This document shows, piece after piece, positions 1 to 9,655 of a stretch of DNA of 64,000 nucleotides. This stretch comes from Barthelona sp. PAP020 (taxonomy: Eukaryota), in the NCBI GenBank assembly GCA_040182905.1, contig JARQWU010000029.1, forward strand, positions 1 through 64,000. Reading direction: 5' to 3'. The position numbers and the translations under genes are program-made. Below the pieces are notes generated by a model. That model ran no database searches. It was not told the origin of the DNA and was given only the letters and a program-made list of their open reading frames with translations. How positions within the stretch are numbered: position 1 is the first letter of the stretch; every line of letters begins with the position of its first letter.

Positions 1-894
1 TTTGTCTTAAGCTCAACTAGTTGTTTTATTATTTGATAAATTTTGAAATACGAGAAATTTTGCTTGATTCAAATTCTGGCGCATTTCTTCACGCTTTTCT
101 TTTTCCCTCCTTGTGAAATGTCCGCTGCGCTTCACAATTAATTTCACGTTAGGTACAGTTAGAGTTTGGGGGTACTTGCAACTGAGTCGTTTTGCGTGGA
201 TGGTTCAGAACACTCTTAAAGAAAAGAAGAAATACTTTAGGTGTGGATGGAGCGATTATCTAAATAAGAGTTTAATAATGTTTTTCCTTCTTGCCAATAA
301 ATTTTGATTGTATTTCTATGGGTTTCCTTGATGAAATCTTGTAATTCCCTGCTAACCTACTATGAACATTTTTATCCTTCTTATCATGAACCATTTGATT
401 CTTTGCTATCATTTCACTTTTAATTTTGATATTCATTGAAATTAAAGGTACAAGAAGAAACCTTAAACACATTTATATTGTCTTCTACGTAAAATCCGTC
501 CCCTTTGCAACGAATAAAGAAAAAGATTATAACGTTGTGAATGCATAATTTAACCTCAATGAAGTCACATGTTAAAAACATAAGATGTTCAATCTTTGTC
601 AATTTGTTGTTCCGGAAGAAAATGTTCTGATATTAATTCACATCACATCAGATACACTGGGCTTTTCTTCATGACTCAGTCGCGTTTTTCAATTAAATTA
701 TTTGAGAATTTGACACATTATCTCATTGAAAATTGAAAAGCCTTTAATTTTTGTGTTAATCCATTTCTTAAGGGTATAAACCGTGAATTTTATGTATTTT
801 TTCTCAATGAAACTATTAGCCAAATGCTTAAACTTTATTTTTGCAATGTTTTATATACAAACAAATAAAATTCTACTTCTGTACTACAATATCA

Positions 895-1779
895 TTATTC
901 GCTTAAACCACAAGTGAAACAATGTTCATTTTTTGACAAAGTGAAAGAAGAGACGTTTGTGAATTCCAATGTTTGAATTTGACTGAAGTTAGGCACTATC
1001 CTTTGATCAATAAACACTTGTTTACATTGTTCTAAAGCTCTACAAGCAACAATGCCGTTAATTGACTGTAAAGCAGGTATTGTGAAAGAAAACTTTTCCA
1101 ATAATTCATTTAACGTCGGTTCAGACACATTATTTTGAACACACAATTGTTTCACCCTTGCATAAAACTCTAACAGGTTATCTGTTTTTTCTAAATCAAT
1201 ACCTGCACTTTTAAAATTTTCAAAAACAACAATCATCGCATCAACATAATCATTTATTTGTGAAGGTAAAGAACATAAAGGAATAGTATTGGATTCAAAT
1301 GCTTCTATATGGCAATCAACACAAGCAGTTTTACCAGGAACGATAATCTGAGAATGTCCAATAAAACCACTAGATCCTGTGTCTATCAATAAAGTAGTTA
1401 CTCTTTTTCCAAAAATGCCATTATGCAGATCGAAAACGAATTGATTCAAATATCTCCTTGCATTGAGAGAATCAACACACATAAAAATAACATGATAATC
1501 AGCTAGAATTGAAACATCTAAATCTTCAATTTTGGATTTATATCGAATAACTTCGGTAAAACTATCAAAAAAAGAATCTTCCAAAAATTTAGCTTGAACA
1601 TCAACTTTATATTGTCCAATATGGTCTTTTAAATATCCTTGTTGACGATTTACATTAAATTCAGTGATTTTATCATAATCAACCAAACCAATTCTTTGAA
1701 CAATTTCATCACTGAATAAATCTATCAATTCGCTCCCTATTCCACCACATCCAACAATAAGAACGGAAATATTATTCAT
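895..1779 (-). CDS. UBA3: NEDD8-activating enzyme E1 catalytic subunit (UBA3-like), short form
   Basis: Motifs: GCGGIGSE nucleotide-binding loop, NVNRQ, LIDTGSSGFIGHSQIIVPGKTACVDC, catalytic-Cys motif IPLCSL, TIPALQSINGIVA and a terminal CxxC (CFTC). First ATG is at 1779; the track start 1782 is TTG. Confidence 0.85.
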   Translation of the reverse strand: MNNISVLIVGCGGIGSELIDLFSDEIVQRIGLVDYDKITEFNVNRQQGYLKDHIGQYKVDVQAKFLEDSFFDSFTEVIRYKSKIEDLDVSILADYHVIFMCVDSLNARRYLNQFVFDLHNGIFGKRVTTLLIDTGSSGFIGHSQIIVPGKTACVDCHIEAFESNTIPLCSLPSQINDYVDAMIVVFENFKSAGIDLEKTDNLLEFYARVKQLCVQNNVSEPTLNELLEKFSFTIPALQSINGIVACRALEQCKQVFIDQRIVPNFSQIQTLEFTNVSSFTLSKNEHCFTCGLSE

Positions 1780-1873
1780 CAATTAAATGAAATTCATTAT
1801 TAATAGATGAAAAATAAAATAACAATGACAGACTATTTACACATTTTAATTACTAAGTTTAATTAGAATTTAT

Positions 1874-2302
1874 CTATGTATGTGGAGTAATTTTATCTGA
1901 TGAAAAAACCTTCATGATTCGATAAAGTATAAAAAATAGAGTAAAAGCAACAGACAACACATATATAAATTTTACAAGAGGGGAACTTTCGTTTTTAATT
2001 TTGTTTATTTCAACTTTGTTGTTTGAATTGTTTTCAATATCAACATTGTTAACATATGGTTTCAATTTTTCTATTTTTTCCAACAAATTATCTATACCTT
2101 CTTCAACCAACAGCGTACTGTCAACTTTTCGCATTTCCGATTTTGCTAAAAAATCCATAATTGCATTGTAAGAATCATCAACAGAATCATCAAAAGTTTC
2201 ATCATCGCTGAATAATTGTGTCGAAATGTGAGAACTGGATATTTCAGAATCAGAAATAGTTAATAATTTCTCTACATTTTGTTTCGGAGTTAGAGTTGTC
2301 AT
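1874..2302 (-). CDS. Small tail-anchored membrane protein (possibly a divergent SNARE)
   Basis: Acidic N-terminus, helical middle and a single C-terminal hydrophobic segment (FIYVLSVAFTLFFILY). ATG at 2302. Confidence 0.6.
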   Translation of the reverse strand: MTTLTPKQNVEKLLTISDSEISSSHISTQLFSDDETFDDSVDDSYNAIMDFLAKSEMRKVDSTLLVEEGIDNLLEKIEKLKPYVNNVDIENNSNNKVEINKIKNESSPLVKFIYVLSVAFTLFFILYRIMKVFSSDKITPHT

Positions 2303-2391
2303 GAATATTAACAAAAGAAATAAAGAAAGAATGGCAATTGTTTTTTTTATTTTCCATTATTTTTTTGGTTGAAATTGCAATTTAATTGTTG

Positions 2392-3378
2392 ATGGATGAT
2401 CAAATTGAAGAGATCAATTTGTATTTTAATAATTTAGCGAGTTTACATCCAAAAGAATACATACCAAGTCGATCTTTAAGTTTTGCACCTTACTATTATC
2501 ATTCAAACAACATAAATCAATGTTTAAAAGTGATTGATGATTCTTTACAATTATCAGAACGAACTTCAAATATTAAATGTTTGAATGCTTCATTAAATTG
2601 GATGTGTTTGTTGAACATCATTAGGGAACCTAAGAGGTTTCATGAAACTTTGGAAGTTTTGTTAAAATTGTCTTTGGAAACTTTTAAATTCAAACAATTT
2701 TCGGTTGCATATTCTTCCAATGTCTTATTAAGTTTTATAAATGTATTTTTTTCTCATGATCTACAATTATCACAACATTATCTTTTAAAAGCAATTCATT
2801 CTACACATTATTTGACTGAAAATGAATTGAGTTGTCAAAGTTTAGAAATTTCTTGTATTTTTTGTTTAATTTTTGGTTTTAAGTTTTTCAAAAATTCAAA
2901 AATTGTTCTCAATTGTTTAAATTCTGTTCAATTGAAAAGTGAGCATTGTTTCATATCGACAGTAACTTTGTTTTTTTTAAAATACGTTTTTTTATTTGAT
3001 TTTGAGGAAGAAATGACTCTCACAGCCAATAATAGTTCCCAATTATTACTTTTGTTAAATTATCATTGTCTTTTCGAGGACTGTTTATCTTATGAGGAAA
3101 TTATTGAAATATTTCAAAAAAAAGTTGAAACTTTGGAACAATTATTCTTTTTGTTGTGTCTTTCTTACAAATTTTGTGTATTTTCTGATGCTAATACAAA
3201 ACAAATTTTAAAAATAGCTTTAAAGGGTAAAGCAATAGCATGCCATTATAATGTATCTGTGTTTAAATGGTTATTTGAAGAGCAGTTATTTTTACAAACC
3301 AAAAATGAAAATTTGTTCAACAATATCACAGAAAGATCACCAATTTTATTTCAAAAGAGCAGGATAAATAAGTTATAA
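2392..3378 (+). CDS. Hypothetical protein, Leu/Phe/Cys-rich, probably alpha-helical repeats
   Basis: Uninterrupted ~328-codon ORF in AT-rich DNA, with no recognisable motif. First ATG at 2392. Confidence 0.65.
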   Translation: MDDQIEEINLYFNNLASLHPKEYIPSRSLSFAPYYYHSNNINQCLKVIDDSLQLSERTSNIKCLNASLNWMCLLNIIREPKRFHETLEVLLKLSLETFKFKQFSVAYSSNVLLSFINVFFSHDLQLSQHYLLKAIHSTHYLTENELSCQSLEISCIFCLIFGFKFFKNSKIVLNCLNSVQLKSEHCFISTVTLFFLKYVFLFDFEEEMTLTANNSSQLLLLLNYHCLFEDCLSYEEIIEIFQKKVETLEQLFFLLCLSYKFCVFSDANTKQILKIALKGKAIACHYNVSVFKWLFEEQLFLQTKNENLFNNITERSPILFQKSRINKL

Positions 3379-3830
3379 GTTGTAAATCATTCATTTTTTA
3401 TTTTTTTCTTGATCAACAGTTTGTATCGTTTTATTGAATTCAACAGTTTGAGGTCAATCAACAAAGTTGAATTATGAATCATGAGAAGTCAATGGAGTTT
3501 ACCATTTTATCACTATTTTCAAATTCGACTGGTAAATAAAGTTTGTCGAAGACAAAAGTTCGCTTAATTTCCAAATATTGCCACAAGTAACTTTTCCATT
3601 TTTCCAATTCCATCTAACTTGAACACTGTTGTCATTCTAAAGATAGAATTAATTGGAATAATGAACAATTTACATTATTGCAACAAATATTTTGTTCAGA
3701 TCAATCATCATCACTATACCAGAATAATAAGCACACATAGTTCAACCAAAAAAGAAAATGAAAGACAGTTTTATAAACAGAATATGAGGAATTGGAAATT
3801 GTATGGTCTTCAATCCATTTGTATGTCAGG

Positions 3831-4925
3831 TCACAATTGTGGGGTTCTTTTATTTTTCTTGACAATGTTTTCCTGTTCATGTTTTGATTCATCAGTGACA
3901 TTATCCTCAATATTGGCCAATAAAGAAGGGTTTTGCAAAATGTATACTCCACCTTGATTGGATAACATTATCAAACTATCTGTTATTTGATCATGAGCTA
4001 ACCCAATGACAGGTCCATCAATTTTTGTTTTAATAAAATTGTTAGCATTTTTTTTCAGCTTTTGAGGCCAAATCGCTGCAGTAACTTCAGCAGATTCCGA
4101 GCAAATCAAAAGAATTTCATCAGATACAACAGAAAATTCTAGTTGAGTGATGGAATATTTCGTGATTTTTTTTACATGGCCTCGAATAATCAACCCTTTT
4201 GAATCATAAACATAAACCGATCTTGAATCAGTTCCCACAGCTATAAATTGTTCAGTACAACACAAAGTAGATAATGTTTCACCTCCTATGCTAGTTCTAC
4301 CAAGTAAACGAGAACTCTTTGGATCATACAAAATGATACAGTTATTTTCGATACTAACAATTTTGTCGCTTAAAAATTGAACTTGTTTAGGATGATAAAA
4401 ACAATTAATTTGTTTGTTATGCTCGAAATTTTCAAAAATATGGATAGAATTAGATAATTCACAAGAAATAATGAAACTGCCATAATTTTCAGGATGAAAG
4501 GAAACACAACACTGCGTTGCTAAATAAACATCGTCAATGTAACCTTCAAAAACTATATTGTCAAATTTTAGATCTTTGTTATTTTCAATTTCTATCACTT
4601 TGATTTCACCAAGTGATGATACAACACCAACAAGTGTGGTTTGTGAATGATTAGGATAACTTTGGCAACTAATAAAACAAATGTCTTCATTAAAATTGAC
4701 AGTATCAATTAAATTAAGACTAATATTTAAATCACGTGATTTAAGATTTTTTAATATATCTATAGATACTTTTCTTTGAGAGGGTTTTAAATCTTCATGA
4801 CTTAACAAATATATTGATTTTTCATTCACTAAAATTCCATTATTTTCTTTCAACCAACATAACCTATTTGATCCAAACACATGTCCTGGTATTCTATCAA
4901 ATTCAAAATTATGTTTGAATAACAT
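3831..4925 (-). CDS. WD40/beta-propeller protein
   Basis: Beta-strand repeat pattern, e.g. LSTLCCTEQFIAVGTDSRSVYVYD and YSITQLEFS. Confidence 0.75.
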   Translation of the reverse strand: MLFKHNFEFDRIPGHVFGSNRLCWLKENNGILVNEKSIYLLSHEDLKPSQRKVSIDILKNLKSRDLNISLNLIDTVNFNEDICFISCQSYPNHSQTTLVGVVSSLGEIKVIEIENNKDLKFDNIVFEGYIDDVYLATQCCVSFHPENYGSFIISCELSNSIHIFENFEHNKQINCFYHPKQVQFLSDKIVSIENNCIILYDPKSSRLLGRTSIGGETLSTLCCTEQFIAVGTDSRSVYVYDSKGLIIRGHVKKITKYSITQLEFSVVSDEILLICSESAEVTAAIWPQKLKKNANNFIKTKIDGPVIGLAHDQITDSLIMLSNQGGVYILQNPSLLANIEDNVTDESKHEQENIVKKNKRTPQL

Positions 4926-5176
4926 TATCTAATAAAAACAAAAAGATTTTCTTTCATTTCTTTCATTATACATTTTCAAAAAGCAACAAATTTATCAATT
5001 CAAAATTAAGATAAACTTCTTATGCCATAATTTTATTGCACAAAAAGAGTTAGTGTCTTTGTTTTATTTCATAAAGGAATGATCAACACAATGGAAATTG
5101 CAAAAAACAACAAAAAAAACAAGTATTTATAAACAAATATCCCCACACAACATGAACAAGACTTGATTTACATGTT

Positions 5177-6724
5177 TCAATCTTTATCAAATTTTTTGTG
5201 AAAATTATCAACGGCTCTTTGCCTTAAAGCAACTTTAATTTGATACTTATGAGAACCTAGGTTTCTTTTTTCTTGGATGGATAAAGATTGGAATAGATTT
5301 TCAACTTCTTCATTTAACCAGTCCAAGTCCTTACCTCTAAACCCTCTTTTTCTAAAACTCATTGTTTCTAACTTTTTATCTTGAGAATTAGCACTTAAAC
5401 CGGGAGAATCAACAAGTGTTTTTACTTCTTTTCTATTTATTTCAATATTTTTCTCCTTCTTAATAATATCAGCAATAATTTTAAATTTACGAGGATAAAG
5501 CTGATTTAATGCTTGTACATCTTCTCTAATGCTCAAATAATTAGTATCTAATGGTTTTATCGCTTTGGCTGCCATTTCATATTTTTCAAGACATTGATTA
5601 TCTGTTCGTCCAATTATATGTGTTTGGACTTCATTCCAATCAATTAACTCATTTTCTTTGTCACTATCTTCATTTAATAATTCGACTGCCCTTAATAATC
5701 TGACTTCTTCCTGATAACTCCATTGCTTATTTTGTTTATGAGGGGTGAATTTCCTTTCAAATCCACGATTTAAGTTACCTTTTGGAAAAAGATTTTCTAG
5801 CAAATTGTATGAATTACCTGAATATTTGTTCAATAAATCTTGCATTATACCTTGATCGAGCTTTATTTTTTTGTTTTTATTTTTCGAAAATAAGATCTGT
5901 TGAATAATTTCCATCGGTCTCCTCAAAAACCAATCATTTTTGACATATTCTGAATAAATACATTCTAAGCAAAATTTTTTTGATTTCATAAAAGATTTTT
6001 CATGTTTCTCAATCACTAGAATTTCAGCTTCATCAAATTGCTCATTGAAATTAAAAACCCTTAAATCACAAAAAGTCTCGCCATCAATCAACAACAAATC
6101 AACAATTTCTTGTTTTGAACTTATTTCTTTGCATAATTCAAACTCTGGTAACAAAGGTAACATACATTTTCCATTTAACTCTTCATTCATTTTATTTTGA
6201 CTAAACATTTCAAAAAATAACAATTTTTTAAGAGGTTTTATTTCCATGTTTAAATAATTACAAGCATAATTCCAATCAAAATCAACATTGATATATGCTT
6301 GTAATATTGAAAAAGGTACACAATTAATTTCTTCATCAGAATAATCTAGTATTGCTTTTCTCCTTGATAAAAATCTAAATACCTCCAAAATTTCCAAAAA
6401 AATTGCAAATAATTCATCATGGGAATGTTTTTTTCTTATTAAATTTATATTGTTATTGGTTAATATGATTCCATTATCATAGATTGGAAAATTATAATTA
6501 AATATTTCATCATTAATCTTATATTCTTGTAAATCTTGAAAATCAACAACAATATTATCTAATTTTAATAATTCTACTGCTTCATTTTTACTGTCTTCAT
6601 AAGATTTGATTAATTTTTTAATATCTTTCTTTGCATCTTTAATACTTTTCTTTTGACTCAAACATAATGAACTCACTTCATTTAATAATTGAATTTCTCT
6701 TACATTTGAATTTGAAGAAGTCAT
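5177..6724 (-). CDS. Myb/SANT-domain DNA-binding protein (Reb1/TTF1/DMTF1-like)
   Basis: Clear Myb repeat WSYQEEVRLLRAVE...IDWNEVQTHIIGRTDNQCLEKY, with degenerate flanking repeats. Confidence 0.7.
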   Translation of the reverse strand: MTSSNSNVREIQLLNEVSSLCLSQKKSIKDAKKDIKKLIKSYEDSKNEAVELLKLDNIVVDFQDLQEYKINDEIFNYNFPIYDNGIILTNNNINLIRKKHSHDELFAIFLEILEVFRFLSRRKAILDYSDEEINCVPFSILQAYINVDFDWNYACNYLNMEIKPLKKLLFFEMFSQNKMNEELNGKCMLPLLPEFELCKEISSKQEIVDLLLIDGETFCDLRVFNFNEQFDEAEILVIEKHEKSFMKSKKFCLECIYSEYVKNDWFLRRPMEIIQQILFSKNKNKKIKLDQGIMQDLLNKYSGNSYNLLENLFPKGNLNRGFERKFTPHKQNKQWSYQEEVRLLRAVELLNEDSDKENELIDWNEVQTHIIGRTDNQCLEKYEMAAKAIKPLDTNYLSIREDVQALNQLYPRKFKIIADIIKKEKNIEINRKEVKTLVDSPGLSANSQDKKLETMSFRKRGFRGKDLDWLNEEVENLFQSLSIQEKRNLGSHKYQIKVALRQRAVDNFHKKFDKD

Positions 6725-6905
6725 ATAAAAATTTCTTTGATTTGTTCAACTTTGACTTTGAAAAAATGATAAATTATTATATATTAAAAAAATAATCAAA
6801 AATTTGATAATGGATTGATGTATATTTTGGATTACACAAAATAAAAGATATTTGAAAATTTATTTTATTGTTATTATTATTATTATTAATGTAATAATAT
6901 ATTGA

Positions 6906-7949
6906 ATGGATGAATTAGATGCATTTGAACCATTCGAAACACCGAGAAAGATAGTTTCACGAGCAAATTCTTTGAAAGAATTTGAAAAAGAAAAACAAGA
7001 AGAAGAAAATCAAGATAAAAGGTGCAAATGGACTTTTGAAACTGCAAAAGATAATTGTTTGAAAAATTTGCCCAAATCTGCGTTAGAAACATTTCCTTTT
7101 CTTTCTTCCAACAATGATAGTTTGAATTCCTTTTTAAATGATTGTAATTTATTTTTTGAGGGAACTTTTTCTCGAATTTTTACTCTCAATGCTTCAACAC
7201 GTGAAGAATTTGCCGAAGAACTTGTTAACAGAATTGGTGAAGATCAAAATTTTTTAACTTTAGCAAAACAATATTCCAATTTGTTATTAGAAATGAGTGC
7301 AGCTTTATCTATTTCAGATGATGAGCAAACTTTTTTCTTTTTAACCCTAGAAACATTTTTAACTCAGTTTTTTACCAAATTATTTAACAATAAACATCAT
7401 TCCTTTATAAAAACTATTCTTAGACAATTCTTTGTCTTTAATACGATAGAAATTGACGAAGCATCATTAATTAAAGCAGCAATTCATTTTTCTCCAGTAA
7501 AGAAGAGCAAACATGATTTTTCAAGTCCACAGAATACTGAAAAATCTATAAAAACTGATAAAACAGATAAAACTATGAAGTTACCACCCTTGTTTTCTCC
7601 AAAAAACTCAAAAAATTTAAAAGCACAGTATCATCCTTCTACAACCTTACAAGATTTTATAGATAAATTAAAAAGTCCAATTTCACCCCAATTAAACAAT
7701 TCTTTGACAACTAAAAACATTTCTATTGGATCAAATAAAGAAAATAAACAAAAGGAAAAGAAAGAAAGAAAAATGAGAATTGCCCAGAGTGATTCAATTC
7801 GAAATTATCGTTGGCATCCTGTAAAAGCCAAAGGATATAGGGATGGCACAAGAAGAAGTGCTTTGGTTACCAAATTGATTCCAAAAACAAATGCATTTAT
7901 TGATGCAGGTAATTTGTACAAGAAAATAAATCCATATTCGAAAACATAA
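6906..7949 (+). CDS. Hypothetical protein (helical N-half; basic, SP-rich C-half)
   Basis: 347-aa ORF with no family motif recognised. Confidence 0.7.
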   Translation: MDELDAFEPFETPRKIVSRANSLKEFEKEKQEEENQDKRCKWTFETAKDNCLKNLPKSALETFPFLSSNNDSLNSFLNDCNLFFEGTFSRIFTLNASTREEFAEELVNRIGEDQNFLTLAKQYSNLLLEMSAALSISDDEQTFFFLTLETFLTQFFTKLFNNKHHSFIKTILRQFFVFNTIEIDEASLIKAAIHFSPVKKSKHDFSSPQNTEKSIKTDKTDKTMKLPPLFSPKNSKNLKAQYHPSTTLQDFIDKLKSPISPQLNNSLTTKNISIGSNKENKQKEKKERKMRIAQSDSIRNYRWHPVKAKGYRDGTRRSALVTKLIPKTNAFIDAGNLYKKINPYSKT

Positions 7950-8285
7950 AAATCTTGAATTTTTTTGTTACATTTTTCATTTTTGAACTTAAAATTGAAT
8001 GGATCTAATCTTTATCATTACAAAATTATTGCTTCCCATACAAATTAAGAATTAAATCTCAAAAATCACAATAAAACAACGAAGATTTTTTCTTTGATTC
8101 ACAACTTGAATCAAAATTTATATTCAAAAATTGCCAAATGATGACTATTTTTGTTCAAATGAGAAATCTCCCAAAAAATTTAACAGATTTTGTAATCAAA
8201 GAAAAAAGGAGATGAAAACTTCAAGAAAAAAATAAGCCACCTTTTCAAAAATTTTGTTTAATTTGATTCATTTTGTTATAATTTT

Positions 8286-9551
8286 ATGGAATTGTGTGAA
8301 TTAAATGATAGAAAAAATGATATGAGTGAAAATTTGTTTGATATTATTGTAGATGATGAAAATATCATTGAAACAGATGTGTTTAATGAAATTAATTGTA
8401 TAGTATTTTCTCAGAATAATAAATATTTGGCTATTCAAACTGTGGATAAAAGTATTAATATTTGGTTGAAAACTCATTTAAATAAATATGATTATATAAA
8501 TTCCTTGAGGGGACATATTAATTTACTAAAGTTTTCCACTGACAGTAAAGTTTTAGCCATTGGTACTACTGCTACTTCAATTTCTTTGTTTAATGTTAAT
8601 GATTGGAGTATAGAAGAAGAGATTAATTTTTCAACGAATATAACCACTTTTAGTTTTGGAATAGACTCGAATCATCTATATATTGGTTTCAATGATGGTT
8701 TTATTCGTATATTTGGAAATGAAACTGGAAAATATACATTTTTGAAGGAACATAAAATTTGCGACACAGCTGTACTTAAGATATGTATTTCTTCGACCCG
8801 CAAAATAGTCGTTACTTATTCACAGAATGGTTTAATAGGATTTTTAGACTTTTCAACTGATTTAGTTACTTTTAATAAAATTGCCATGTTAAGTGAGAGC
8901 ATTTTAGACATTGACTTAGGTGTTGATGATACAATGTTAGCCATTTGTTTGGAAAACAAAATTAAGATATTCGAGATTGATAATGGAGATTGTTTTTGGG
9001 AAATTTCCAATGAAGGGTGTTGCTCTGTTCAATTTTACAGTGATGAACATTTGTTGGCCAATGATACTTTGTATTCTATAAGGAATAAGACAATCGTTCA
9101 AAAAGTAAAAGAGGTGAACACTACTAGATCGATTATTTCAGCTGATGGGGAGCATATCGCTTTTGCTTTGAGCGCTAATTATGATTTTGGATTATTATTG
9201 GCATCAAAAATGCCAAAACACAAGGAAATAATAGAGATTGAGGAAGAAATTGAAGATAGAAATATAGAAGTTATTGAGATTGATAAGATTAATTCAGTAG
9301 AACTCATACAAACACCATTTTCAGCTTTATCTGATTTTGACCGGGATTCAGAAAATTTGTATTTTGGGGTTGAAAATTATCCAACAGTTGATGTTGAAAC
9401 TGGCTTAGAAATTCAAACCCTTTACATTACTCATGAAACTGAGAGAAGATCAAGCCTTTATGATCATCCAACGGTGATTGATGGACATTTCTATGATGTT
9501 TTTGAAGATGAACAAGTTCATTCAACTCGTAGCTGTTGTTTTATTATGTGA
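8286..9551 (+). CDS. WD40-repeat protein with C-terminal CaaX motif (-CCFIM)
   Basis: WD40 blades (INCIVFSQNNKYLAIQTVDKSINIW; ITTFSFGIDSNHLYIGFNDGFIRIF), an acidic linker, and the ending SCCFIM*. Confidence 0.85.
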   Translation: MELCELNDRKNDMSENLFDIIVDDENIIETDVFNEINCIVFSQNNKYLAIQTVDKSINIWLKTHLNKYDYINSLRGHINLLKFSTDSKVLAIGTTATSISLFNVNDWSIEEEINFSTNITTFSFGIDSNHLYIGFNDGFIRIFGNETGKYTFLKEHKICDTAVLKICISSTRKIVVTYSQNGLIGFLDFSTDLVTFNKIAMLSESILDIDLGVDDTMLAICLENKIKIFEIDNGDCFWEISNEGCCSVQFYSDEHLLANDTLYSIRNKTIVQKVKEVNTTRSIISADGEHIAFALSANYDFGLLLASKMPKHKEIIEIEEEIEDRNIEVIEIDKINSVELIQTPFSALSDFDRDSENLYFGVENYPTVDVETGLEIQTLYITHETERRSSLYDHPTVIDGHFYDVFEDEQVHSTRSCCFIM

Positions 9552-9655
9552 AAATTAATCTCCTTTAAACAATAAATGTTTTATTAATCTTTTATTTTTG
9601 ATTTTTTCCTTTTTCTTTCAATGTATGCTCTATAATACCAAAATGTTTCAGAGAG

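Noticed and set aside
3696..3714. TGATGA...CTGA on the minus strand resembling C/D snoRNA boxes
   Set aside because: The boxes are only a few nucleotides apart, with no terminal stem or guide region.
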